The position numbers were made by a program, and so were the translations under genes. The notes under the pieces are model-generated. The model was not told the origin of the DNA, ran no database searches, and saw only the letters and a program-made list of their open reading frames with translations. A DNA stretch of 46,523 nucleotides from a virus (Duplodnaviria; Caudoviricetes), in the IMG/VR virus record IMGVR_UViG_3300033145_000317, positions 1-46,523 of that record. One strand, given 5' to 3'. This document shows positions 10,901 through 20,441 of the stretch, one piece after another. Position 1 is the first letter of the stretch. Every line of letters begins with the position of its first letter.

Positions 10901-13900
10901 ATGAAGAGTTTGATCGATTAATTCCTGAAGATATAGCAGATATAATGGGAGAAGAGGTAGCAGGGGAAAAATTAGCTACCAAATTTGAAGATTACACTTT
11001 ACCAGGCGGGGAAAACTATAGAGAAGTTTTAATGATACTGCCTGATAAGGTTTTCCCAAAAGCTACTTTTGAAAAACTACCAGAAGGTACAGAGTTTACT
11101 AAGTTAGATGAAACGGATTTTATATTAACAGATAGTAGTACGAATGTGCCTGTAAACTTACAAGGAGAAGAAGTAGCTTCCCCTATACATTATGAGTCAA
11201 GAGCACAATTAGATGCAGAGTTAGCAGGGAAGCCTCTTGAAGCCGAAGGCACATACAAAAGCGCGCATTGGGATGAGCCTAATGTTTTAGCCCACATAAG
11301 GATGAATGATAGAGTAAACAGCGAAGGCAAGAAGACTCTATTAATAGAAGAAATACAAAGCGATTGGCATCAAGAAGCTAGGAAGAAAGGTTTTGTAACT
11401 GCCACAAAGGAAGAGCTTGATACTGCTATAAAAAGAAGAGACGAAATAGCTAAGAAAGTTTTAGCCGAAGGTAGAACAGTAGATGATTTAAAAGGAGAAG
11501 AGCTAGCAGAATGGGAAGCTCTTTTTAAAACGATAGAAGCAGGCATAGAAGGCGTACCCGATGCACCTTTTAAAGCTACAGAGGCCTGGAGTTTATTAGC
11601 TTTTAAAAGAGCTTTACGTTTAGCAGTCGAAGAGAACTACGATGCAATAGCCTGGACACCTGGAGATATACAAAACGATAGATACGATTTAAGTAAGAAG
11701 GTAAGTGAAATTGTTTATTTCCCTGAGAACAATAGCTTAAGAGCTTTTGATTTAGGAGGAAAACAGGTAATAGAAGAAACAGTGCCCGAAGATAAGATAG
11801 AAGATTATATAGGTAAAGAGCCTGCAAGAAAGCTTTTAGAAGCCAAAGAAGAAAAAACTAAAGCAGGACATGCTAGAAAAACTCTTTCAGGCCAAGACCT
11901 AAAAGTAGGCGGTACTGGTATGATAGGCTTTTATGATAAGCTGCTACCTAAAACCGTAGGCAAATATGTTAAGAAGTTAGATAAACAAGCTAAGGTAGGG
12001 GTTGATAAGCTACAAGAGAAAACTTTTGAAGTAGGAGGACTAATAAAAAGGACTAAAGCAGAGGCAGAGGCCCAAATAAAAGAGGACATAGAAGAGGCCA
12101 AAACTCAAATAACTAGTTTTAAAGTTAGAATAGAAAAAGCCGAAGAGTCTGTAACAACTCAAGATGAAAGAATAAAGTTATGGGAGGATAGGAGTCAAAA
12201 GATAAAAGGCACTACTTTTAAGGACTTTAAAAAAGTACAGACTGCTCTGAATAGAGATCGTTGGGAGCATAAGGACATTAAGTTTATAGGCATTGAGCAT
12301 AACAAAAAGACGGATAGAGTAGTAATTGCTATAGCGGGAAACTTAAGAGGTTTTGATAGTTTTGAAGAGTTTAAAAATGCTGATTTAGAAAAATCCATTA
12401 GAAAATTAATACACGAAAAAACAAGAAAAGGTTTTATAGATAGGAAAAAAGATTATCAAGAAGATATAGAAAGATTTAAAAAAGAAATAGCTGAATGGGA
12501 GCAAGATTTAAAAGACTCTCAAGAAAAAGGTATAGGAGAAGGAGAGCCAGGAGCAATTCAAGAAATTTGGCATTTACCATTAACCGATAAACTAAAAGCC
12601 GAAGTACTTGAAGGCCAAACATTATTTCAAGCAGGACCTAAAGATCCTAAAGCTGCTATAACATTTGCAGATACAGGAGCATACATAGAACTATTTAAAA
12701 AAGCTACACCAGGATCTTTATCACATGAAATGTCACACTTATACGAAAACCATTTAGACCAATTAATAAAAAATGGAATGGGAGGAGAGCAAGCTAAACT
12801 AGATGTAGCAAAAATAAGAGAGTTTAATAAGGATAATAAAGAAGCTTTTGGTACAGGTTTTGAAACGTATCTTCTCGAAGGTAAAGCGCCTAGCAAAGAA
12901 ATGGCTAATGTATTTAGTCGCTTTCGTTCTTGGCTTATGGCTATTTATACTTCGATAAGAGATATAGGAGTACCAATAAATGAAGATATTAGAGCTGTTT
13001 ATGATAGGATGCTCGCGTCTGAGCAAGAGATTGAAGAAGCAAAACAATATTACAAAGGACGAAAAGAATTACACGACTTACTACCTGCAACCCCTAAGCA
13101 AAAAGAAGTACTTACAAAAAGTAAAGCTGAAGCTAATAGAGCTGCGCTCGAAGAGCAAACTGCGAAACATCTAAAAGCTTATTGGGAGGCCAAAGAAGGA
13201 GGCAAGGGAGCACTTAAAGATTTAGCAGAAAGAGAGTATGCAGACTCTCCTTTATATAAAGCGGTAAATGATGCTATAGACTTTGGCGGTTTAAATTTAG
13301 CAGAGACTCAAGAAGATTACGGAGTAAGCACTATTGAAGCCTTAAGCAAAGTAAGTACTAAACTAGTAACTAAAAACGGCAGAGCTTCTATTTCCGAATT
13401 AGCATCTAAATTTAACTTTGAAAGTAGAGAAGCTTTCTTAGAAGAAATTCTTAAAGCCGAAAGTAAAAAAGATTTTATAGATAGAAGGACTCAAGAGTTA
13501 ATAGACAAAGAAGAAAAAATAATTATGTCTAAATTAACTAGTACTGAAACAGTACCAGGCGAAGAGTCTAGTCATAATGATGATAGTTTAGAACACTTAA
13601 TAAAAGAAGATGCATTTCTAACTAGGCAGTTACCTATACAGGAAAGAAGAAACCAAGCTAAGTTAGAACGTAAAATAGTTAAAGACGAAGCTGACGCACG
13701 CATAAAAGAGTTACCAGTAAAAAGAGCTATAAGATATGACCTATTCTCTAAAGCCGAGCAGAAATTTGCAGATGCAGCTTTAAGAGCTGCAGAGCAAGGA
13801 AACGTAGTACAATCTCAATTAGCTAAAAGGCAACAAGTACTTAATCATGCTTTAGTACAAGCTGCGATTAAAGCTAGAGATTTAAAAATTAAAATTGAAA

Positions 13901-16383
13901 ACTCTTATAAAGCTAATAAAGTTAAATCTAAATTACAATTTAAAGACGGTAAACCTAAAGTAGAAAACTCCTTCGCCGAAGCCGCGCTTAATTATATTTA
14001 TCATTACAAACTTAGCACTAGTGAAAACATAAGACCTAAGAATCCTGAAGCAATACCTAACCTACAAGACTTAGACGAAATACTTTTTAGCCTTACACCT
14101 GAATGGCTTATAGGTAAACAGCTAAGAGGTCAAAACTATAAAGACTTATCTATGGGCGAATTAGTACAGCTTGATGAATTAATTAAAGGACTTTATAAGT
14201 CAGGTAGTAATGAAACTATAGCGCTTCAAGATATAGGATTTAAAACTATACAAGAAGTAAATGACGCTTCTTTAAAGCTTATGGAAGATATACCTTCTAG
14301 AAAAGTATTTAATGAGTTTAGTAAAGTAGGAGGCATACTTAATAAACTTAGCGGCGTAGCTTATGGCGCTGAAATGACTAGCTTTAGGTTTGATGCTTTA
14401 GATAATGATCAATTCTTAAAGACTGGTACGCCTGGGCCACTTAAGAAAGTATTTAATAAAGTTAGAGACGCTGAAGGTCAAGTTTTTGATACTATGCAAG
14501 TCCCTCTAAAAGCTACAGAGAAGACTTGGGAAGGTATCAAAAAAGCAGTTAGAAGAATTGAGAAAGAAAACGGATCTAGAAAAATAGTTATAGACGGCGT
14601 GCCTATGCCTGCATTCATGCAAAGGAAAGGTAGAACTACCTGGACAGGAGACAGATTAGTATCATATCTCCTAAATATGGGTAATGTACATAACTTAGAA
14701 GTATTAAGAAACTCTTACGGATATACTTTAGAACAAGAAGCTGCAATAGTAGCGAAATTTACCAAAGAAGAATTAAATTTAGTACAGGAAATTTGGGACG
14801 CTACTAATCTTCTTTGGCCCCAATTAAAGCAAGTTAATTTTAATATGTACAATAGAAACCTAGAAAGCGTAGAAGCGCAAGCTATAACGATGATAGATAA
14901 AAACGGCGAAACTGTTAATCTTAAAGGCGGATATTATCCTTTAGTTTTTGATCATTTAATAAGTGATAAAGCTTCCAAATTTAAAGAAGATGATATCCTT
15001 AAAAATAGTACGACTGCAGTACATAGAACTACTAAACCTAAAGACTCTTTCACCTTTGCACGTAAAACTAAAGCTCACTCTTTACCTCCTAAATTATCTC
15101 TATCCGTTTGGTTTTCACATATTAAAGACACAGCTAGATACATTTCTATGGCTGAAGTTATGAGGGACTTAAATAAAATAACTTTAAATAAGGAATGGAA
15201 AGAAGCGGTAGAAGATAAAGGAGGCCAAACTTTAGAAGACGCTAACGGAAGAGAAATAGTAAGAGGTACTTATGCTCGCATTAGAGATTGGGTCCAGTAT
15301 GTAGCTAGACCTGATAGAAGAATGAAAGGCTTCTTAGGCGAAGGAATGTTAGACAAACAAAGGAAGTTAGCTACAGTCGCTATATTAGGCGCTAACTTTG
15401 GTGTAGGTGTAAAGCAAAGACTCTCTATGTTTAGCGCTGCTAGAGCTATAGGTTGGCGTTGGATAGCTAACGGATATAGACACGCAGACCTAAGCAGCTC
15501 CGTTCTCGGTTTACGTAATACCGAGTCTTGGCAAAAAGTTTTATCTTTATCTCCTTATATGCGAGCTAGAAATGGAAACGTAAGTAGGGAAATAACTGAT
15601 ATAGTTAGCACCTTTAAGCCATTAGAAAAAAGTCTTAACGTATTAGGGAAAGAAATAACTCTAAGAGATATACAAGACTTTATGTTTGAATGGATACAGA
15701 TGAATGACAGAGCTACAGTAGGCGTAGTGTGGCAAGGAGCTTTTAATAAAAAGATAGATACACTTAGTAATTCAAAACTAACCAATACAGAGAAGACTAG
15801 AGAGGCTGTGAGTTTTGCAGATTCTATAGTGCAAGACACACAGCCTAGCTCACTAGCCATAGACCTAAACGACTTTCAAAGAGCTGAAGGCTTTATGCGC
15901 TTTATGACTCCTTTTATGACCTGGACTTTTAAGTTTGGCAATATCCTAAGAGCGCAGAACAGAGCTTGGAAGAGAGGCAACATATCAACTAAAGAATACT
16001 CTAGACATGTAATGTATGAATTAATGTTAGCTCCGTGGGGCGCTGCGATTATAAGCTCTATGGTAGCTCAAGGCGAACTTCCTGAATGGTGGGAGTACGG
16101 ATCTGCGCCTGCAGAGAACGCAATTTCTTGGGTGCCTTTACTTAGAGACGTGCCAGGATCTATTAAATTTAGAAAGTCTTTAGGAACAGCTACAGCATTT
16201 GAAGGAGGCACTAGAATAGTTAAAGCTGCTAAATCAGGAGTGCTTACTATTAGTAATGATAAAGATTTTAATGATTTTCTTTGGGACTTTGGAAGCGCTA
16301 TGGAGTTTCAATTTGGTATTCCTGCTTTAAAAGTACATAGAAATATAAAGAAGACTATGAAAAATATTGAGGGCGATATCTAA
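7924..16383 (+). CDS. Giant internal virion / polyvalent protein (gp16 position), 2819 aa
   Basis: Hydrophobic helices near aa 310-460, an EEIQSDWHQ module, a zincin-like HEMSH motif (12724-12738) followed by FETYLLEGKAPS, and a long helical C-terminal region with GGYYPLVFD. Confidence 0.8.
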   Translation: MPDYSKHPLVPEGARILNTQEEEKEATEKNRHPLNQEPGKKEVSPPYVPEILRGTPYEKEADKITELLYKKGNEGFDTSVSIDKGRVEHSLRTFFDTPAPVAAKVQRIANEKGMPFDAILRGKENWEEWDEAAKVYEQLFEVESDVYPPARKDNEGVSSIEDLEHKQYKFPGTVNWLRDPAKMAASKDSLESLTFAENLYKSYHAPFSEKAAIYLLNGYKGMVHSLGSVIEFQKERQEAERIKSGDILTEIPKEQQKRVKNIFGALQPSFRAMAAHQEYLGEDIRTSEALKQVQLENLSGVEQLALDFISTIPLTGTALALGAITTPAVGAAFVFGHIYNATYTDLRLNGVSHERATIASVGNAAAQSALELVPILLFAKALKTPGFKKSISRFVLEFGPAEFLTETVQAFPEEAARVFGEGELKGLTAKEQLSLFAQRIPETLRQGVKEGLTVLPYAGFGIGVKLMSSMANVRKYEQDREIYDEHIPSADSSKINERSPELYEDHGRNMIESLGAAANFYLGTDALEVFYQDSKKVDKAARELGIESQLEEARETGRDLEIPREKWVAWVKANPEVEAAVKDDIRFNVNGPNKKDLANIKEEMQEIVDAKKEELDKATIGAYTPKLFEAWREQLITPKKEGGAGFSAELAESEITIASAIVARLTDAHNATLPVNEQIDADEYLKRFPVNLGIKEKFVPRPAQEIQADIDGKGLTAEQIIDREVEALAEEVRTAEVEGGLLKEEKVSETAGRTTEVRGRFRASTFPKGFKDIGVSKKDFASVAASKKGPRYERIKAAAIERLKEAYGTGRVKADKAFLEAIDVKEDDIKFQRQRIEQSPLGFFSQLQETVESFDFKNIPSKDLANRITKAPGIKKEELEQTEVISWLELQDRKVSKEEVIEFLKEGGVQLEEVVREEGVVDIEDENLKERFLEHEKSNFDVVPGEEIKEEDIPDGNFVVVDASGEIRRDFGGDFVFYTSEEEAIDQIEFDINEEFDRLIPEDIADIMGEEVAGEKLATKFEDYTLPGGENYREVLMILPDKVFPKATFEKLPEGTEFTKLDETDFILTDSSTNVPVNLQGEEVASPIHYESRAQLDAELAGKPLEAEGTYKSAHWDEPNVLAHIRMNDRVNSEGKKTLLIEEIQSDWHQEARKKGFVTATKEELDTAIKRRDEIAKKVLAEGRTVDDLKGEELAEWEALFKTIEAGIEGVPDAPFKATEAWSLLAFKRALRLAVEENYDAIAWTPGDIQNDRYDLSKKVSEIVYFPENNSLRAFDLGGKQVIEETVPEDKIEDYIGKEPARKLLEAKEEKTKAGHARKTLSGQDLKVGGTGMIGFYDKLLPKTVGKYVKKLDKQAKVGVDKLQEKTFEVGGLIKRTKAEAEAQIKEDIEEAKTQITSFKVRIEKAEESVTTQDERIKLWEDRSQKIKGTTFKDFKKVQTALNRDRWEHKDIKFIGIEHNKKTDRVVIAIAGNLRGFDSFEEFKNADLEKSIRKLIHEKTRKGFIDRKKDYQEDIERFKKEIAEWEQDLKDSQEKGIGEGEPGAIQEIWHLPLTDKLKAEVLEGQTLFQAGPKDPKAAITFADTGAYIELFKKATPGSLSHEMSHLYENHLDQLIKNGMGGEQAKLDVAKIREFNKDNKEAFGTGFETYLLEGKAPSKEMANVFSRFRSWLMAIYTSIRDIGVPINEDIRAVYDRMLASEQEIEEAKQYYKGRKELHDLLPATPKQKEVLTKSKAEANRAALEEQTAKHLKAYWEAKEGGKGALKDLAEREYADSPLYKAVNDAIDFGGLNLAETQEDYGVSTIEALSKVSTKLVTKNGRASISELASKFNFESREAFLEEILKAESKKDFIDRRTQELIDKEEKIIMSKLTSTETVPGEESSHNDDSLEHLIKEDAFLTRQLPIQERRNQAKLERKIVKDEADARIKELPVKRAIRYDLFSKAEQKFADAALRAAEQGNVVQSQLAKRQQVLNHALVQAAIKARDLKIKIENSYKANKVKSKLQFKDGKPKVENSFAEAALNYIYHYKLSTSENIRPKNPEAIPNLQDLDEILFSLTPEWLIGKQLRGQNYKDLSMGELVQLDELIKGLYKSGSNETIALQDIGFKTIQEVNDASLKLMEDIPSRKVFNEFSKVGGILNKLSGVAYGAEMTSFRFDALDNDQFLKTGTPGPLKKVFNKVRDAEGQVFDTMQVPLKATEKTWEGIKKAVRRIEKENGSRKIVIDGVPMPAFMQRKGRTTWTGDRLVSYLLNMGNVHNLEVLRNSYGYTLEQEAAIVAKFTKEELNLVQEIWDATNLLWPQLKQVNFNMYNRNLESVEAQAITMIDKNGETVNLKGGYYPLVFDHLISDKASKFKEDDILKNSTTAVHRTTKPKDSFTFARKTKAHSLPPKLSLSVWFSHIKDTARYISMAEVMRDLNKITLNKEWKEAVEDKGGQTLEDANGREIVRGTYARIRDWVQYVARPDRRMKGFLGEGMLDKQRKLATVAILGANFGVGVKQRLSMFSAARAIGWRWIANGYRHADLSSSVLGLRNTESWQKVLSLSPYMRARNGNVSREITDIVSTFKPLEKSLNVLGKEITLRDIQDFMFEWIQMNDRATVGVVWQGAFNKKIDTLSNSKLTNTEKTREAVSFADSIVQDTQPSSLAIDLNDFQRAEGFMRFMTPFMTWTFKFGNILRAQNRAWKRGNISTKEYSRHVMYELMLAPWGAAIISSMVAQGELPEWWEYGSAPAENAISWVPLLRDVPGSIKFRKSLGTATAFEGGTRIVKAAKSGVLTISNDKDFNDFLWDFGSAMEFQFGIPALKVHRNIKKTMKNIEGDI

Positions 16384-16399
16384 ATAGGAGGGTTATGAT

Positions 16400-18781
16400 A
16401 TGACTATTGCCAATGAAAACTATCGTAATAATTATGCAGGTAATGACGCTACTACAGTTTTCGCTTATAGCTTTAAGGTTGTGGAGGAAAGCGATTTAGA
16501 AGTTATTGTAGCTGATGCAGATGATGATAGAACTACGTTAACTTTAACTACGCATTACACTGTGTCCGGCGAAGGCGATGCAGGTGGAGGAAATGTAACC
16601 CTTGAAGACTTAACTGCTATTTTTGGTCAAGCTACGCTTCCTACAGGTTGGACTATAGCTATAGCTAGAAGAGTAGAAGTAATTCAAGAAACAGATTTAG
16701 AAAACCAAGGCGAATACTTTGCTCAAACACATGAAGATGTTTTTGATTATTTAACTATGGTAGCTTTACAACAACAAGAAGAGTTAGATAGATGTCCTAA
16801 AACAACTACTACAAGTGGCGATTCGGGAGAAGAGCTTATGGATAGCATAAGTGACTCAGTAGCCGCCGCCTCAGCTAGCGCTACCGCTGCTTCTACTAGC
16901 GAAACAAATGCAGCTACTAGTGAAACTAATGCTGAAACTGCTAAAACCGCTGCAGAGTTAGCAGAGACTAATGCTGAAACGGCAGAGACTAATGCCGAGA
17001 CTGCAGAGACAAATGCTGAAACTGCTCAGACAGCCGCAGAATTAGCAGAGACTAATGCTGAAACTGCAGAAACAAATGCTGAAACTGCTCAAACCGCTGC
17101 AGAGTTAGCAGAGACTAATGCTGAAACTGCAGAGACAAATGCTGAAACTGCAGAGACTAATGCTGAAACCGCTAAAACCGGAGCTGAAACCGCTCAAACC
17201 GCTGCAGAGTTAGCAGAGACAAATGCTGAAACTGCAGAGACTAATGCTGAAACCGCTAAAACCGGAGCTGAAACCGCTAAAACCGGAGCTGAAACCGCTC
17301 AAACCGCTGCAGAGTTAGCAGAGACTAATGCTGAAACTGCAGAGACAAATGCTGAAACTGCTCAGACAGCCGCAGAGTTAGCAGAGACTAATGCTGAAAC
17401 CGCAGAGACTAATGCTGTAACCGCTCAAACCGCTGCGGAGTTAGCAGAGACAAATGCTGAAACTGCAGAGACTAATGCTGAAACTGCAGAGACTAATGCT
17501 GTAACCGCTCAAACCGCTGCGGAGTTAGCAGAGACTAATGCCGAGACTGCAGAGACTAATGCTGTAACCGCTAAAAATGCAGCTGAGACAGCCCAAACAA
17601 ATGCTGAAACTGCAGAGACAAATGCCGAGACTGCAGAGACTAATGCTGAAACCGCCGAAACTGGAGCCGTAGCCGCGCTAGCCGCTGCAGGTTTGCCAGG
17701 AAGTTTATCAGGCGAAGCAGGTAAAATATTAAAGGTAAAAGGAGACGAGTCAGCTTATGAGTTTGTAGTACCTCAAGATTTACCTACTATAGTAGGAGGC
17801 GATACACTTAAAATGGTGCAGGTTGAGGTAGGTGAAACAGGCTACGAGTTAGTTACAAGACTAGAGCAGATACAAGACTATACTGTTATAGGTGATATAG
17901 GAGATGTAGCACAACAAATGGCAGGGCATATATGGGCTACTGACGAAGGCGGAGCAGGTACAGACTTAGCTCTTTATCCTTTCTTAAACGGAGACTTAAC
18001 CGATGACTCTGAAGGCACTTACGATTTAACAAATAACAATACTGTTACTGATGCAAATGGTATTATGGGTAGCGATAACGCCGCTGATTTTGATGGGACT
18101 GACCAATATTTTAATCAAGGCACTTTACTAGATGTAACCCCCGCAGCTATAGCTATAGATTTTTGGATGCTACCGGATGACGGCATGCCCGCAGGCACTA
18201 GTTATATCTTTGCTAAAGACAATGTTACAGGCGAAGATAGGTTTAAATGCTTTTTACAAAACGATGGAACAATTGGATTAGTTGCTGAAGAGAGCAACAA
18301 TGGCCCAATAACTTTAAAATCGGCAACGGTGTTGACTAATGGCGCACAAACAGAATGGATACACGTACTATGTGCTTGGGACACAACTTACGGACTTAGG
18401 CTTTTTATAAATGGAGTTTTAGAAGCTTGCGACTCTAGCATGACTACGCTTATGGGGAATGGCACCGACTCTGATTTTCTAATTGGCGCAACAGCCGGAC
18501 CCGCTTCGTATTTCGCAGGTTTGCTTTCTCAAGTCCGAATTAGAAACCAAGTCCTAACTCAAAAAGATGTAGACTTAGCTTATGCTACTAGATATGCAGC
18601 TCCTTCTAATGTAGGAACTGAATATAAAGTTAGAGCTTTAGCAAAAGAAGATGGTAGCGACGATTTTATTTCACAAATAGAATGGGGTGGGCTAGAAGTA
18701 AAGAGAACTGCTAGCTACATATATCGTTATGGTAGAGCTTTTGGATCTACAGATAAGCTAAAGATTATAGGAGAATACTAA
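16400..18781 (+). CDS. Tail fibre: T7 gp17-like N-terminal anchor, heptad-repeat stalk, C-terminal LamG/ConA-like domain
   Basis: YAGNDATTVFAYSFKV...DYLTMVALQQQE anchor; AETAETN repeats; DFDGTDQY...WIHVLCAWD...LFINGVL...FAGLLSQVRI LamG pattern. Confidence 0.88.
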   Translation: MTIANENYRNNYAGNDATTVFAYSFKVVEESDLEVIVADADDDRTTLTLTTHYTVSGEGDAGGGNVTLEDLTAIFGQATLPTGWTIAIARRVEVIQETDLENQGEYFAQTHEDVFDYLTMVALQQQEELDRCPKTTTTSGDSGEELMDSISDSVAAASASATAASTSETNAATSETNAETAKTAAELAETNAETAETNAETAETNAETAQTAAELAETNAETAETNAETAQTAAELAETNAETAETNAETAETNAETAKTGAETAQTAAELAETNAETAETNAETAKTGAETAKTGAETAQTAAELAETNAETAETNAETAQTAAELAETNAETAETNAVTAQTAAELAETNAETAETNAETAETNAVTAQTAAELAETNAETAETNAVTAKNAAETAQTNAETAETNAETAETNAETAETGAVAALAAAGLPGSLSGEAGKILKVKGDESAYEFVVPQDLPTIVGGDTLKMVQVEVGETGYELVTRLEQIQDYTVIGDIGDVAQQMAGHIWATDEGGAGTDLALYPFLNGDLTDDSEGTYDLTNNNTVTDANGIMGSDNAADFDGTDQYFNQGTLLDVTPAAIAIDFWMLPDDGMPAGTSYIFAKDNVTGEDRFKCFLQNDGTIGLVAEESNNGPITLKSATVLTNGAQTEWIHVLCAWDTTYGLRLFINGVLEACDSSMTTLMGNGTDSDFLIGATAGPASYFAGLLSQVRIRNQVLTQKDVDLAYATRYAAPSNVGTEYKVRALAKEDGSDDFISQIEWGGLEVKRTASYIYRYGRAFGSTDKLKIIGEY
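16890..17670 (+). repeat. Coding tandem repeat with 21-nt / 7-aa period in the tail fibre
   Basis: Mosaic of AETAETN, AELAETN, AETAQTA, AETAKTG and AVTAQTA units (gcagagactaatgctgaaact...). Confidence 0.95.
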
Positions 18782-18782
18782 T

Positions 18783-20012
18783 ATGAGGCAACCTAAAACG
18801 CCACTTATAGTTAAATCTCTTTTAACGGCTACATATAATTGTACTGATTCTTTTGTTAATATTCCTGGCTTAGTTGTAAGAGTCCCTAAAGACGGTTACT
18901 ATGAAATTAGAAGTTTAGCTTGTGTAATAGTGGGCGATGATAACGCTGGAGAAGGTAACGCATACCCGCAATTTGCAAAAAATGGCGTATACATAAATAG
19001 TACGGTTCAAAAACTTAGGCATAATGATGATAGTGCTGGACAAGTAGTTTCGTTTTCTTTTTTTTGTAGCACTATTGCCTATTTTAAAAAAGATGAAATA
19101 ATCTCGCTACAGATTAAACATAATGCTGGAGACAATAGCCAGGTTTATTTTTCAACTAGTGCAGAGCCAGGCGCGGGGTATATTGAGATAGAAAAAATTG
19201 AAAAACCACATATCACTAAAACATTATTAACGGCTACATATATAGTAGGGACCTCCTATGCTAATGTCCCAGGTTTAGTTATAGTAGCGCCTAAAAATGG
19301 ATATTATAAAATTAAAGGTATAATGGCAGTTTTAACAACGGATGATAGTAGTACTGCAGCAAGCTCATATGTTAGACTTACAATAAATGGGTTACATATT
19401 GAGGGTATTACACAGCATCTTTATCATGGAAATGAATCTAACGCACAACCAATGCAATTTTCATATTATTGTGAAGCTGCTGTATACTTGAAAAAAGATG
19501 ACGAAATTTCTTTTCAGGTTAAAATGGACGCAGGAGATAATTGCCAAGTTTATTTTTCTTCAGGATCGGAACCGAGCGCAGGATTTATAGAATTAGATAG
19601 ACTTACAGGAGCATTTCCTATTATTACAAAATCTCTTATAAAAGCTGCTTATACAATAACATCTTCTCAAGCAAATATTCCTGGTCTAGCAATAACAGTA
19701 CCTAAAGAAGGTTACTATAGAGTACGCGGATTAATTAATGTTAAATGTTATGACGCTAGTGGTGTTGACGGAGAAGCCTACCCAAGATTTGCAAAAGATG
19801 GAGTATATATAAATGGTACTGTACAACGATTACGCATGACTAATGATATTAATGCTCAAGTAATGTATATAAATTATTTCTGCTCTATGGTTGCCTATTT
19901 TAAAAAAGACGAAGTAGTATCAATACAAATTGCACAAAAAACAGGAGATAATTGTACGGTTCTTTATAGTGACGGAATAAGCGAAGGATTTATAGAAATA
20001 GAAAGGATTTAA
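18783..20012 (+). CDS. Protein with three tandem ~135-aa beta-sandwich (C1q/BclA-like) repeats; probable fibre tip or receptor-binding partner
   Basis: Three copies of KSLLTATY...NIPGL...PKDGYY...YFKKDE.ISLQ...GYIEIEKI. Confidence 0.7.
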   Translation: MRQPKTPLIVKSLLTATYNCTDSFVNIPGLVVRVPKDGYYEIRSLACVIVGDDNAGEGNAYPQFAKNGVYINSTVQKLRHNDDSAGQVVSFSFFCSTIAYFKKDEIISLQIKHNAGDNSQVYFSTSAEPGAGYIEIEKIEKPHITKTLLTATYIVGTSYANVPGLVIVAPKNGYYKIKGIMAVLTTDDSSTAASSYVRLTINGLHIEGITQHLYHGNESNAQPMQFSYYCEAAVYLKKDDEISFQVKMDAGDNCQVYFSSGSEPSAGFIELDRLTGAFPIITKSLIKAAYTITSSQANIPGLAITVPKEGYYRVRGLINVKCYDASGVDGEAYPRFAKDGVYINGTVQRLRMTNDINAQVMYINYFCSMVAYFKKDEVVSIQIAQKTGDNCTVLYSDGISEGFIEIERI

Positions 20013-20014
20013 TT

Positions 20015-20431
20015 ATGAGAGTTTCAATTAATGCGAGTAATGAAATTATTAATTTTTTATGGGGCGCGGGGCATGACGATAGACCTTTAGGCGCAAACGA
20101 AGTATTAGTTACAGGATACAGTTTTGATACGGACCAATACCATAGCGGAGATCGTATAAACGACAAAGAATTAAATGGAGTTAAAAGGTACACTATAGAC
20201 GGTGCAGGCGTAGTGCATAGACGCACAGACGCAGAAATAGAAGCTCTTCCTGAGTACGTTGAAAACACAGCGGTTACTAGATACCAGCAATACATAAAGC
20301 TAATGAGTGAAAGAAGGGCTTTGTTAGACGGGATAGCTCATCCTCAAGCACCTGCAGTTTTAGTTACAAGATCCCAAGCAAGACTAGATATAGTAAACCA
20401 AGCACTCTTAGATTTAATAGCTACACTATAA
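20015..20431 (+). CDS. Hypothetical protein (possible fibre assembly chaperone)
   Basis: Tightly coupled ORF after the fibre genes; function inferred from position only. Confidence 0.55.
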   Translation: MRVSINASNEIINFLWGAGHDDRPLGANEVLVTGYSFDTDQYHSGDRINDKELNGVKRYTIDGAGVVHRRTDAEIEALPEYVENTAVTRYQQYIKLMSERRALLDGIAHPQAPAVLVTRSQARLDIVNQALLDLIATL

Positions 20432-20441
20432 GGAGACGCTT

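Noticed and set aside
16400-20012. Diversity-generating retroelement as in BPP-1
   Set aside because: No reverse transcriptase ORF, and no template/variable repeat pair differing only at adenines was seen. The repeats here are internal coding duplications.
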